Shown: positions 1 through 12,506, numbered from the stretch's first letter. The stretch is 64,000 nucleotides of DNA from Octopus bimaculoides (GCF_001194135.2 NC_068984.1:47951159-48015158); one strand, 5' to 3'. A program made the numbers and translations. Notes: generated from the letters alone by a model not told the origin.

Positions 1-218
1 GTGCTTGCACCAGAATGTGGGTCTGGGAATGGAAATATGTGTCCGATGTTGACGTGCTTAGGACGTTCTTCCCATAGCTTCATAGAAAATCCCCCCTCTC
101 TCTCTCTCTCTCTGTTGTCGATGTTGAAATTCCAATGAAGGAACCTTGGATCTAGGTTAGAAACTAGCTCTTTCTCTATTGGTAAGAAATCTTGAAATAA
201 AATTAACAATAACATAAA

Positions 219-258
<40 letters not shown>

Positions 259-1270
259 CTATGTGAGCGCGCGCGTGTGCATGCATGTGCAATGTAGTGA
301 ATTTCAACAATTATAGGCACTTTCATATTTTAGAGGCCTGTTATTTTACTGAATGCCATTTTTTGTTCTCAAAATCATATTAATTCTGTTTGCAATTATA
401 TCAAGTTGTTTTGTTTCATTTAAAACATCGAGTTCTATTGGATTACATTTTGCATACTGCTTAATAGCATAACGAGAAACCATCTATGCGTTTTATTTTT
501 TCTTCTTAGAAATGGGTTTGATTAATCCTTACACAAACAGGTTTTATACAGACTGGCTTAAATCATAATAAGATATATAAATGATTTTAAAGTTCAGTAA
601 TTAAAATTTAAATATCAAGTAAAACACAACGTTTTGAAACAGATGAAATAGCCTATATTTTTTATGATTTCGTTGATAAATTTAGAATATTAATCAAAGG
701 ACAAATTGTTAAACATTTTTTCAAAGTTAAATCTTTGTTTAGCACAACGTTCTGCCTTATTTTGAAATATATATTTTCCAATTCTATCACCATATAGACC
801 AATACAACAACACTCCTAAAACCATGTTTGAAACTAATGCTACACACAATCATGCTTTCGACTTCCCTTCATTTCGTAAAGGCACATACTCCATATTCTT
901 TTCTAAATATAATAAACATAACGTCACCCATGTCAACGTTGTTAATTCTCATCTTTCCGATATTTCAGTTCTACAGACCTTGCAAAACTCTTCCATCTTT
1001 CGATATCGTATGACAAACGTTTATTTTCCAATAAACTTGCGAAGGCGTCCTGAGACAAAATTTCGAAAGCACTTTTATACAATCAAGTTTACGCAATGTG
1101 CACGTTACTCAATTAGTATTTTACATACGTGACTAAAAGTATCTATATCACTATAAATGGGCACTCGTGTAGTTCAATACCTGAGTATATTCAATTAGCG
1201 TGCACAATGTAGCCTTATGCATTTCTTAGTTAGTTTAGTTAGTCTATCTTACCCTTATTATGTGTAGTGT

Positions 1271-1421
1271 AGGTGCACCATAGCTGAATGTTTAAGAAGT
1301 TCGCTTCGCAGTCACTAGGTACCGAATTCAATCCCGCTGCCTGGCACCTTGGGTAAATGTAATTTTCAATAGCCTCTGGAGTGAATTGACTAGAGAGAAA
1401 CTGAAAAGAAAACTGTCCGAT
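1271..1421 (+). mobile_element. SINE family A, 5' head fragment (tRNA-derived)
   Basis: tRNA-like head (tagctgaatg...gaattcaatccc) followed by ggcaccttgggtaaatg...gagaaactgaaaag; reverse complement of the ends of the family A copies at 32422-32858 and 62073-63041. Confidence 0.7.
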
Positions 1422-1792
1422 AGATCGTATCTATAATTCTATAACTTAAAAGCTTTAACCTTGTTCAATACTCAGTCATACTGACTCTACATGTAATTTG
1501 CGTGAAAGGTACTTCTGTATGTGGAATGGTCAGCCTATTGCCCCTTAATTCAAGAGCAGGTAATTCAGCTGACTCTATAATTGAATCCTCATCGTCGAAA
1601 TGATAATATATTACAATTCTGCTTAATACAGTTCTATATTTAAGAGATGAGGCATTATGTACATTATTTACATTATTTACATTTGACGGATATTTGTACA
1701 CAAACAAGATGATGACAAATATCCGTCAAATATAAATAATGTAAATTCTGCTTAAGTACGACACTACTAACAACCAGTTCGACATGTACTTC

Positions 1793-1913
1793 TTAAAACC
1801 TGGTACTTTCGCTATCGGTCTCTTGTGCCGAATCGCTAAGTAACGAAGACGCAAAGAAACCAACACTGTTTGTAAAACGTTGTTGAGCGGTTAACACCAA
1901 ACCACACACACAG

Positions 1914-1963
<50 letters not shown>

Positions 1964-2128
1964 GAAGAGCTTCTTTCAGTTTCCGTCTATGAAATCTAAT
2001 CTCAAGTCTTTGCTCGGCATGGAGCTGTAGTAAAAGAGACTTGACCAATGTACCACGCCATGGGACTGGATCTGGAATCATGTGATTAAGTAACAAACTT
2101 GCTACTACACAATCACACCTGCTCCATA
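1793..2128 (-). mobile_element. SINE family A, decayed, with central (CA)n
   Basis: ctatcggtctcttgtgccgaatcgctaag ... cttctttcagtttccgtcta ... acacctgctcc match the other family A copies. Confidence 0.8.
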
Positions 2129-2699
2129 GTGACAAATATATATCTTGAGCTGTACCACTTCCAAAATGCCATCCGCTTGATTGAAAAAAGTGGTCATCAC
2201 CAATACGTTAGCAGGTCTCGATCACATGTCTTTTTTTTTATTATTAAAATGCATCTTTTCTCTCAGCCCACTCTCGTATTGCAGTCATAAGGAATTCCAT
2301 ACTTGCCTATTTTGTTTTGCTGTACAGGCTTACACTTATAGAAGTTCAAGCTGTAATCTAGTACTTTAACAATACCGGTCTCACTTCAAGGAGAGAAACA
2401 TCAATAACATGCCTCCATATAGCAGCATGCCCCTTAAAAAAAAATTAATGTATCATTTTATAACGGAAATTTAAAACGTGTAACTTTGAAGGACGTGTTG
2501 TAGAACCTCAACAGGAAAGTCTTTATTTATTGGTTTCATTCATCGATGATGAACTGGACAACAGCAGCAACAACAACAACAATACTAACATCAAAAACAA
2601 CAACAACAGCAGCACAATCTTCACAAGTCTGATAGGGTCTGAAAAGACAATGGTAGCATCACATGTCCTTCACTGATGACACATATTTAATGTAACCAT

Positions 2700-3480
2700 G
2701 ACATTTCTTTTTACCCCAATGTAACTCTATCCTTGTTTTCCGAAACTATTAGAAGAACCATTAGTGATTTCTTTTATTTTTTAACATAATTATCTTTAGC
2801 AAGTATTTTTATCCCCAGACACCAAATGATTGACTGTTTCACAACTGGCTTTATTTTACGTAGTCTGAAAACGCTGAGTGTAATAATCTAATTTCAGAAA
2901 CGTTTGAAAAATTATGATACAGTAGTAAACATGTCCCTTGTCGGCAAATATTTTCTATCTTTTCGCTATCTCAGTTATAAACCTCAATCATCATATGTTA
3001 CTCCAAATCCCATAGGATTTCTGGTATCAAAGAAAACTACAATCAAGTTTTAATTGATACAGTCATCAATTAATAAATGGTTAATGTAATTCTAATTAAT
3101 ATCGTCTTTCATGTCCCCAGCCAATATTCTCGAAAATTCTCCCATGAGAAGCCGAAGTAAGTAATTGATTGGCTTAAAGCTTTAAAAAATATCTAAATTA
3201 AGGTTTCTAATCCAACAATAATGTCAGTCCGACCTCATGTTCCGTAATTCAGGAAAGCATGTAGATTAAATCCTGTTCTGCATTGTAGACAAAGTATATT
3301 GCTTTGTGTGAGGAGCTAATTCTTTCTATCTAATATGTTGAATACCTTAAATTCTTGTTACAAATAGCTTGTGTGTGTCTTCGCACCATATACATACTCA
3401 CTCTTTCGCAGTGTCCATAATTCTCTTCTATTTCTATACTACCATTTGTAATTTCTCAGTTATTCGTTCTTGCAATAACT
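2700..3480 (-). pseudogene. Highly decayed non-LTR reverse transcriptase remnant (RTE-like)
   Basis: Across frameshifts the minus strand shows RT motifs in the expected order: NY..HKLFVTRI, LDIxKA, GFGV, IFAD (near 2945), GIKI, SYIG. Many stops. Confidence 0.4.
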
Positions 3481-4305
3481 AAGTTGGTGTTCTGATTTTC
3501 GAACTTATCTGTATCTGGATTTAAACTACTTAATTGCTTGGCTCGTATCATTCTCATTTTGAATAAACAAGTTCTTTACTTTTCTATGTTATCAGTTTTG
3601 ATTTTTTAACATTATTTTATACTTTAGTTTACCATGTCTCCTTGTTTATTTGCAATTGTTGAACTGTTAATAGTCTGCACTCAGTAGTTATCTCTAACTC
3701 TTTCAACAATCCAATTTATTATAGCTTACTAATCTTCTTTTTTGTATTTATGTATATATTTTGTTGCAGCCTTGCTGTCTCTATTCTATTTCTTAACATC
3801 TTTTCTCGTCGCAGTTGTTGATTTAAGTAAATCTATATCTATCTTCCTTTTCTTAACTTTCTTGTAGCATAGAGTAAAACAATGCTATTACTCTACCATG
3901 TCAAGTGTTTTCAAATACGGCAGAAAGATTTGATTGATATATAGTCGTATATCTTTCTCCATGTTCATATGTTTTGCTTAAATTACAGAAGATTTGTCTG
4001 TAATTCAGTTTACTTATGATGAAGATTTAACATACTTTTATTCCACTCATGAGCCTTGTTCTACACAGGTTTAAATTTTTCCTTAAAGAAAAATTATTAT
4101 TTTATTACTTTAAGGTTTTCTTTTCTTCGTTAATGTCTCGGGTATCCTTCTATGTCATTATTCACTTTTATCCAATTCGGGATATTTCTACGTAATTCAG
4201 ACAGGGTAGGGCATCGTCCATAACCTTTGTAGATTCTCCCAATATAGTACAAATGTCAAAGTAGGAGACAAAATGAGAAGCATAATACAAAAGGTAGCCT
4301 TATTT

Positions 4306-4407
4306 TTACATGACAGCGAAACGTAAAGCTTTTACTAAGAAAGACTGGTCCAATGAGTCTGGGGGAAGAAGTGCAGTATCTGGATTTATGAATTTACATA
4401 CATGCAG
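4306..4407 (-). CDS. Candidate exon of unidentified host gene (LHVCKFINPDTALLPPDSLDQSFLVKALRFAVM*)
   Basis: Pyrimidine-rich acceptor ttattttcttttacacaaatcacag, then one open frame of non-repetitive sequence. No homologue recognised. Confidence 0.28.
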   Translation of the reverse strand: MHVCKFINPDTALLPPDSLDQSFLVKALRFAVM

Positions 4408-5380
4408 CTGTGATTTGTGTAAAAGAAAATAATTGCAAATATACAAATGTCTAAGCGATTCGCCATCGAAATTTGGACGCCTTTTAACTTTCATTTGATT
4501 AAGTCATTGGAATGGTAAATGCAAGGCGGTGAAATAACATGACTGCACTCGAGCGACTGAAACAAGCAAAATATAAAACTGTCCTTAAAAATCAAATTAA
4601 TAACTCTATAGTAATGCATTTCTTTACATTGATGATCAGTAATTTAGGAATAAAGAACAGTCGGTGATATTGACACAGAAACTGAATCTGTGGGGCTACT
4701 GAATTATTCTAAGCTTTGTAAGATATTTCGGAATGTTAGGCCTCCAACCAGGCCTTTGGTGATACCCTTAAAGCCAAGACCTTTACAGCACCCACTCATA
4801 ATTTATTGACCATGCAGAGAGAAACGCAAAGTTGATTTTATTGGGATTTGGATTCATAACAAAATTGCTATAAGTAAAAAATCACTTGATTATATGGAAT
4901 TTATTTGAACATAGACATGTACATATATCAGTTTGTATGGCTCTACTTTGGTTAATATTCAACAGCAGCTGCTGAGATATGGTTTAATTCTTATCAACTG
5001 AAATAGACAAAAGCCACGTGTATTCATACAGACACCTAGTGTACACCCACCCCATAATCACTTCTTCGTTAAACCTACAAGAGGGACTCTTATTGATAAT
5101 TCTACCGGCTAGAAAGAGCAGTAAAATCACCAACTTGGAATAGAAACACATTGGTTAATATAGAATAAGGTTCTAGTTCAGATGAAAATTAGAAAACCTA
5201 ATTGCTCAAGTCTGGGAAATCATTGAATAAAAATCTACATGACTAGGGCTGACCTGGGGCTAAACAACCAAAACAGCAACTCTTCTTATTTCCTCCTCCT
5301 TCGCTTTTTCTCTCTCCCCTCGTTCGTGCTATGCCATTCTCGCTCCCTCCAAATATATTTTCCATCATATCTAAGGTTTT

Positions 5381-6042
5381 GCTAGAGTAGAAATATTAAT
5401 TGTGGAAATGCTACTGTTGTTGCGGTTGAACTTTAGTAATAAATTGTACACGGAATCCCATCAGAGACTTGTTCACTAAATGAGGCCAGTAGTAGTTTGC
5501 TTCTGTTTCATCATACATAGGTCACTGAGTATATTGAAGAAACGGGCCACATTTATAATGCAGCGCTAATATTTAGATAGAATAAGTGACAATTTCTTGT
5601 TTGATGTTCTTTATCTTGCCTCACTTCTTGCTCTAGCCATGCGAATTCTATAGTTACACCAACGATAACTGTATAATCTATGTCTATGTATGTGTGTTTG
5701 TGTGTGCGTGTGCGCGTGTGCATGTCTGTGAGTGTGTGTATTTGTATCTGTGTATACTATCCCCCTTTAGATAGTTGTCGTAGTTGTCGTAGAATCGGCA
5801 TGGCAGGAGGTAGAAGCGAAGCAAGATAAGGAACATCATACAAGAAATTGTCACCTATTCTATCTAAATATTAGCGTTGTATTGGATGTGTGGCCCGTGT
5901 CTTCAATATACTCAGTGACCTATATATGATGACAAAAAAGCAAACGACTGCTGGCCTCATTTAGTGAACAAGCCTCTGATGGGATTCTGTGTACTATTTC
6001 AACCGCAACAGGAGTAGCATTTCCACAATTAATAGTTCTAGC
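5381..6042. repeat. Long inverted repeat (arms ~5381-5670 and ~5772-6042) around a (TG)n spacer; MITE-like
   Basis: Arms align as reverse complements, e.g. ggaatcccatcagagacttgttcactaaatgaggccag vs ctggcctcatttagtgaacaagcctctgatgggattc; roughly 85% identity by eye. Confidence 0.9.
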
Positions 6043-6082
6043 ATAACAAAGCATTATATATATATATATATATATATATATA

Positions 6083-6988
6083 NNNNNNNNNNNNNNNNNN
6101 NNNNNNNNNNNNNNNNNNNNNNNNNNNNNNNNNNNNNNNNNNNNNNNNNNNNNNNNNNNNNNNNNNNNNNNNNNNNNNNNNNNNNNNNNNNNNNNNNNNN
6201 NNNNNNNNNNNNNNNNNNNNNNNNNNNNNNNNNNNNNNNNNNNNNNNNNNNNNNNNNNNNNNNNNNNNNNNNNNNNNNNNNNNNNNNNNNNNNNNNNNNN
6301 NNNNNNNNNNNNNNNNNNNNNNNNNNNNNNNNNNNNNNNNNNNNNNNNNNNNNNNNNNNNNNNNNNNNNNNNNNNNNNNNNNNNNNNNNNNNNNNNNNNN
6401 NNNNNNNNNNNNNNNNNNNNNNNNNNNNNNNNNNNNNNNNNNNNNNNNNNNNNNNNNNNNNNNNNNNNNNNNNNNNNNNNNNNNNNNNNNNNNNNNNNNN
6501 NNNNNNNNNNNNNNNNNNNNNNNNNNNNNNNNNNNNNNNNNNNNNNNNNNNNNNNNNNNNNNNNNNNNNNNNNNNNNNNNNNNNNNNNNNNNNNNNNNNN
6601 NNNNNNNNNNNNNNNNNNNNNNNNNNNNNNNNNNNNNNNNNNNNNNNNNNNNNNNNNNNNNNNNNNNNNNNNNNNNNNNNNNNNNNNNNNNNNNNNNNNN
6701 NNNNNNNNNNNNNNNNNNNNNNNNNNNNNNNNNNNNNNNNNNNNNNNNNNNNNNNNNNNNNNNNNNNNNNNNNNNNNNNNNNNNNNNNNNNNNNNNNNNN
6801 NNNNNNNNNNNNNNNNNNNNNNNNNNNNNNNNNNNNNNNNNNNNNNNNNNNNNNNNNNNNNNNNNNNNNNNNNNNNNNNNNNNNNNNNNNNNNNNNNNNN
6901 NNNNNNNNNNNNNNNNNNNNNNNNNNNNNNNNNNNNNNNNNNNNNNNNNNNNNNNNNNNNNNNNNNNNNNNNNNNNNNNNNNNNNNNN
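6083..6988. other. Assembly gap (first of 15)
   Basis: Other N runs: 7977-8518, 12366-12459, 23278-23388, 33696-33705, 38762-39008, 41108-41283, 44232-44997, 45561-45726, 46333-46342, 47713-47943, 52602-52996, 56245-56548, 57295-57312, 62347-62856. Confidence 1.
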
Positions 6989-7800
6989 CTTATTTAATCT
7001 AATTTGTGTTGGTGTTCTAATGGCACATTGATAGAAAGGAAAGATTATAAATTGTGGTAGCATTTGTTTTGCGTATTTCTCAATATGTTCACTAAAAGGT
7101 ATCATTCGGTATTCTGGGCATGCAATCTGCTGTCGATGCAGACTGCATCTGCGTCTGAGCGATAATCCTGTGGACTCTATGTAGTTTTCGTGGCAGCCCG
7201 AGCATCTTATTACATAAATAAGGTTTTCTGAGGCACAAGTAAAGTCAGATTTAACTTTGAATTTTTGTCCCTCTTTGAAGAGGAATTCTGAAGGGGGAGG
7301 TAATTAGGGATTTCTTCTGGTATAAGGGAGATAATCTAAATCTAGGAGGTGGTAGAATTTGATTAATTTACCATAGTTTTGTTCTATATTTTCTTCCCTC
7401 TCAGTGGGGTGATGAATTTCCTTATTTAAATGTGTTAGCAATGGTTAAGTTTGGGTTTGTATTTTTTGGGTTGTAGATGTTGGGTACGTGTGCGTGTGTG
7501 TGTGTGGGATTGTGATGTGTCTGGGGTTGTGAGTGTTAGGTACGGGTGCGTGTGTGTGTATGCGCGTGTGTGTTTATGTGTGTCTGTATGTGTGTGTCCG
7601 TGTGCGTGTGTTTGGGCATGTTGCGCAATTTGGTCGACCATATTTTTTTACTTTTGCATCTGTTATTTTGGAAAATAATTTTGCCTTTGTGAGGATCTTT
7701 TTCAGTGATTTTGGTTGTTTGTAGCATTTAATGATTTTGAGTGTGTGTAAAATTTCCTTTAATTTGGGGTCCTTATGTAGCATTGGTATGTTTTGGGTGA
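6989..7800 (-). mobile_element. Penelope-like retroelement 3' fragment (linker + GIY-YIG endonuclease), interrupted by a ~300-bp insertion
   Basis: Minus strand: KCYKQPKSLKKILTKAK...GRPNCATCP (7800-7616), then after the insert SEFLFKEGQKFKVKSDFTCASENLIYVIRCSGCHENYIESTGLSLRRRCSLHRQQI...FIIFPFY (7300-7000). CxxC motifs and the LIY..YI pattern are typical of PLE GIY-YIG. Confidence 0.85.
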
Positions 7801-7829
7801 TGATGAGGACGTGAGGACGTGATACGGGT

Positions 7830-9168
7830 AGTGTTATTGGACGCTCGGGAAAGGAAGGAGAGAGAGCATGACGTTTCGGGCGGAGTCCTTCGTCGGAAAG
7901 ACAGAAAGTTCGAAAAATGGGAAAAAAGAGGAAGAGGAAAATGGCACCGATGCCCACGAGGTTACATTGTGAAAGGNNNNNNNNNNNNNNNNNNNNNNNN
8001 NNNNNNNNNNNNNNNNNNNNNNNNNNNNNNNNNNNNNNNNNNNNNNNNNNNNNNNNNNNNNNNNNNNNNNNNNNNNNNNNNNNNNNNNNNNNNNNNNNNN
8101 NNNNNNNNNNNNNNNNNNNNNNNNNNNNNNNNNNNNNNNNNNNNNNNNNNNNNNNNNNNNNNNNNNNNNNNNNNNNNNNNNNNNNNNNNNNNNNNNNNNN
8201 NNNNNNNNNNNNNNNNNNNNNNNNNNNNNNNNNNNNNNNNNNNNNNNNNNNNNNNNNNNNNNNNNNNNNNNNNNNNNNNNNNNNNNNNNNNNNNNNNNNN
8301 NNNNNNNNNNNNNNNNNNNNNNNNNNNNNNNNNNNNNNNNNNNNNNNNNNNNNNNNNNNNNNNNNNNNNNNNNNNNNNNNNNNNNNNNNNNNNNNNNNNN
8401 NNNNNNNNNNNNNNNNNNNNNNNNNNNNNNNNNNNNNNNNNNNNNNNNNNNNNNNNNNNNNNNNNNNNNNNNNNNNNNNNNNNNNNNNNNNNNNNNNNNN
8501 NNNNNNNNNNNNNNNNNNAATGGGGGTATGTATGGGTTATGTGTGCAAGGGTGTGTATGCTTGGGTGTGTGTGTGTGTGTATGTTTGCATGATTGTTAGC
8601 GTGTGTGTGTATGCGCAAGTGTGCGTGTGTATGTGCGTTTGTATAAGTGTGTGGGCGAGTCTGAGCGTGTAAGTGCATGCATATGTGTTGTGTGTGTGTG
8701 GTGTGTTGTGGGGGTAGGTGTGCTTACATGTGTGTGTATTGGTGCGTGTATTTTTTGTGTGTGGGTATGTGTGCGTGTAGGAAGGGATGAAATAAATTGT
8801 AGAAAATTGTAGTGATTGTAATAAAAAAGTGAATAATGGATATAATATAATGTGGATGGGGGGGGGTAAAAAGAAATATATATAAAAAAAGAATAATAAA
8901 TAAAGAAAAGTGTTGCATTGCCGTAAAGGGGAGAGTCATAAGGAGGAGGGGGCTGTGTTGAGTCCGAAGGGGAAAGATGATCTAAGGTTAAAAATATAGC
9001 GCTGTTCCAAGTGGAGTCGCGAGGGAGTGGACCCATGATGCAGGGCGAGGCCAAAAACGGAGATGTTAGAGGGGGAGTGGTTGACCAAGTGGAAGTGACG
9101 GGCGACGGGGGAGTCCGAACCTAGCTGAACGTCCCTTAGGTGTTCGGTGAAACGGTCGGCCAGCCGGC

Positions 9169-9169
<1 letters not shown>
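7830..9169 (-). mobile_element. Second Penelope-like element (Neptune-like): GIY-YIG C-half plus 3' UTR
   Basis: Uninterrupted frame 9169-8936: RRLADRFTEHLRDVQLGSDSPVARHFHLVNHSPSNISVFGLALHHGSTPSRLHLEQRYIFNLRSSFPFGLNTAPSSL*; then CA-rich UTR, a gap and the terminal GACGAAGG..CCCGAAACGTCA motif. Confidence 0.85.
7869..7896 (-). ncRNA. Minimal hammerhead-ribozyme-like motif at a Penelope 3' end (probably degenerate)
   Basis: Minus strand CCGACGA-AGG-ACUCCG-CCC-GAAAC-GUC-A: core, short stem II, palindromic ACGU stem III; stem I not supported. Confidence 0.55.

Positions 9170-9232
<63 letters not shown>
9170..9232. repeat. (GA)n microsatellite
   Basis: Directly visible. Confidence 0.95.
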
Positions 9233-9236
<4 letters not shown>

Positions 9237-10821
9237 TGTATATACTTCTATGCATACACAGACACGTGTGTGTGCGTGTGTGTGTGTATGTACTGTTATG
9301 CAAGAAAAAAACGCTGTATTGGAAATGACCGTCCAAACACCCTTCTATTGAAAAACCACTGACTATAGTAACCTAAGCAACTGACTTCGATACGAATAAT
9401 TTACATAGAGAGTCAACTATATGCAAGTCATAGATCTACTTAATTTGATGTCATATTTGTCTAAACACTAATAACATCAATAGACCAATCCCAGAAGACT
9501 TAAATCCTTATAGTGGTATTTGGGGAAAGATAGATCATTGTATTGATCTCAGGAAATAAGGAATACCTCCACAAATTAGGCCTCAGCGGATATGATTTCT
9601 AGTCTACTACGGACAACACAATGTTAAGGGATGTTCCATTATCAGTGAAAAATACTAGCAGGAGAAACAGAGCATCATTCTCTTCTCGAAAAGAGCACTG
9701 GCAATTAGTTGAATTGCTTTGAGGCACTTTCGGATTTTTTTTGTATATGTAGCAATATACTTCAATATTTCTAATACATGATTGGATTGAGAAAGGAACG
9801 ACGAAAAATAATTGTCCCGAAAGGAATGGCACATCTTTGTATTTCCCCCAGTTAATTATGTTGCGAATTACATCTTCACCTCTTCCAAATTCCTTCCATG
9901 CATCTTCATATATATTTACTCCTACACCTCCCCCGTCATTTTTACACCTTAGTCTTCAGCAAATTAGCTACATATAGTTACGCTTATTCATTTAGTGCGA
10001 AATATTATAAGTCAACCTATACTGAAAATACGTACCAGTAGTTAAATGTTTCGATCTATTACAGTGCTTCTTAAATTTGTTCGTGGAGAATGTTTAAGTG
10101 ACTAGCAAAATAGGCTTGCTAGGTGTATGTGTATATATTCAGGCTTTTTCACCAGTTTAATGTTTCCATTAAATACCAGTGTAATGTTTCCATTACAATA
10201 TTAAATGTAACACTATGATAAACTGCTTTACGAAAGCAAAATAATAACAATCACAATGACAAACAAAGAAAAACAATGGCAATAACAATAACAAGGAAAA
10301 TATAGACAGAATTAAACCTTCTAAAATTGCATATATAAATTAATATGTACATATAGATTATGAAGAATAAAGTAATATGTACGTAAATTATATACAATAT
10401 AGCAAAAAGTTTTATTTAAAAGATATTTGGAAAATTTCTGCGTATTCCATCCACGCAATAAGGACAGCCAGTACACCTCTCGTTGATCTTAACAACAAAG
10501 ACATCAACAGTTTTTACATCTTGCCGCACCATTCCATTCTGTTCCCTGTTCTAAATATTGTACTAAATTACAACATTATTTTATTCTATTATTTCTTTAC
10601 TTATTTAAAACATTGGAATGCGTCCACCCAGCAGCATAACCTGGAATGTATTAATCGTGGGGAACCGTCTCCTGTAATTATATTTTAGTCTGAGAATTTA
10701 TCTATGGGGTTTGTTTTTTCTGGAGCTCTGTGTTATAGAGACGTTAACAATCCATTAGCAGTTTTGAAGTGGGAAGGTCAAGGACATATATAAAGATACA
10801 TACACAGATAAGACACACATC

Positions 10822-10827
10822 TGTCTG

Positions 10828-10878
<51 letters not shown>

Positions 10879-10883
10879 GTTTA

Positions 10884-10912
<29 letters not shown>
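10822..10912. repeat. Compound (CTAT)n/(CTGT)n microsatellite
   Basis: Directly visible. Confidence 0.95.
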
Positions 10913-10916
<4 letters not shown>

Positions 10917-12268
10917 TTTCTGATCAAATTATACCATATAACAGAGGAATTTTATGATTATTTTTCCGGATTTATTCTACAGATCTTTGAAAGTTTACGA
11001 TTTTCAAACATTTTTAGAATTTCAATTCTGTAAAATTGTTTGACTTTAATTTGTTAATGTTTTAATATATCGAAATGTTTCTTGTTTCTTTTTAAACGAT
11101 GTCTTAAAAAACAACATCTAGATTCTGTCATTTATTTTTTTCAAAATTTCAAAATTATTTTCAAATTCAAAAATGAAAAAAATTAAACGAAACTGCGCGC
11201 ATCCGCAAGAAATTATTTGTCTCTTTGTTTTTGCATGTGTGCTGGTGGTGATGGTAGTGGTGGTGGTGATGGTGGTGGTGTGTGTGTGTGTGTATACGTA
11301 TGCGCCTGTTTGTGTTTCTATGCGTGTTTGAGTTTGTGTGCGTGTTTTTGAGTGTTTGTATTTGTGTAAGTGTCTATGTGTGTGAGTATATGGGAATACA
11401 AATTATGAACAGAGCTGTCTTATGAAAACTGTAGGCATGATGGCAAAGCAGCGCAGTAAGGACATCCTAAATACAAAACCACACAATACACAGATTAGCA
11501 TGTGACCCCTGGTCCCGTGGGTATCACAGGGAACAATCCAGTGTGCCTATGTCTTAAGATGAAATTGACTATGAAAATTTCTATATTCTTGTATATGCGT
11601 AGGACATACATCTTTGCTAACAAATATATGGAAAAAGAAAAAAAAAATCAAATATAAATCGCACACAAATGTTATAGCATCACATCTATTGACATACATC
11701 CATTAGACAGCAAGTTCACAATTAACAATGTTTTAGCAAAATTTTTGTTAATATAATTATTTTTTTTTTAATAATTTCTGCACTCTTTTCATTTGCCCCC
11801 ACCACAAGCATTTTCGAATTCATAATTCATGTATGAACACACTGAAAACGAAAGCAGCTGCTATTTCTCACTTACTGTGCGGGTGCGCGAAATTGTGTAT
11901 AATTTTAATTTATTTTTGAAAAGTTTCTGTATAAATTTAATTTAGTTTCGAAAAGTTTTGAAATATAAATGAAAAGAAATGGCAGAATTATGAAGTTAGA
12001 TTTTCTTTAAGCATACATATAAAAGGGATATAATTAAAGATTAAAAAAAGTAAGGAGTTGGTGGATAGACGTGAATAGAAACTAAAATTTGAAAGAAATT
12101 CTGGGAGAAAGTAGTAAATCTTTAAGTTTTATGTTGAAAAACATTATCGAAGAAACTCGAAAAGAAACTAAAATATAATAGCCGATTCGATGAGAACACT
12201 GCCACATGCATGCATACATACATACATACGTACACATACATGCATACATATACGCACTCAAAAAGAGA

Positions 12269-12314
<46 letters not shown>

Positions 12315-12459
12315 GTAGTATATTGCCACTTAAGTGTGGCTGACCCCTAGGGGTGGATGTTACTGNNNNNNNNNNNNNNNNNNNNNNNNNNNNNNNNNNN
12401 NNNNNNNNNNNNNNNNNNNNNNNNNNNNNNNNNNNNNNNNNNNNNNNNNNNNNNNNNNN

Positions 12460-12499
<40 letters not shown>

Positions 12500-12506
12500 T
12501 TACTCT

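Noticed and set aside
132-170. ccaatga-agg-aacct-tggatct-aggtt-agaaac-tagctc as a fourth hammerhead
   Set aside because: The 5-bp hairpin and GAAA are present, but the core has two substitutions including G5, and stems I and III are out of register. Worth rechecking against a family consensus.
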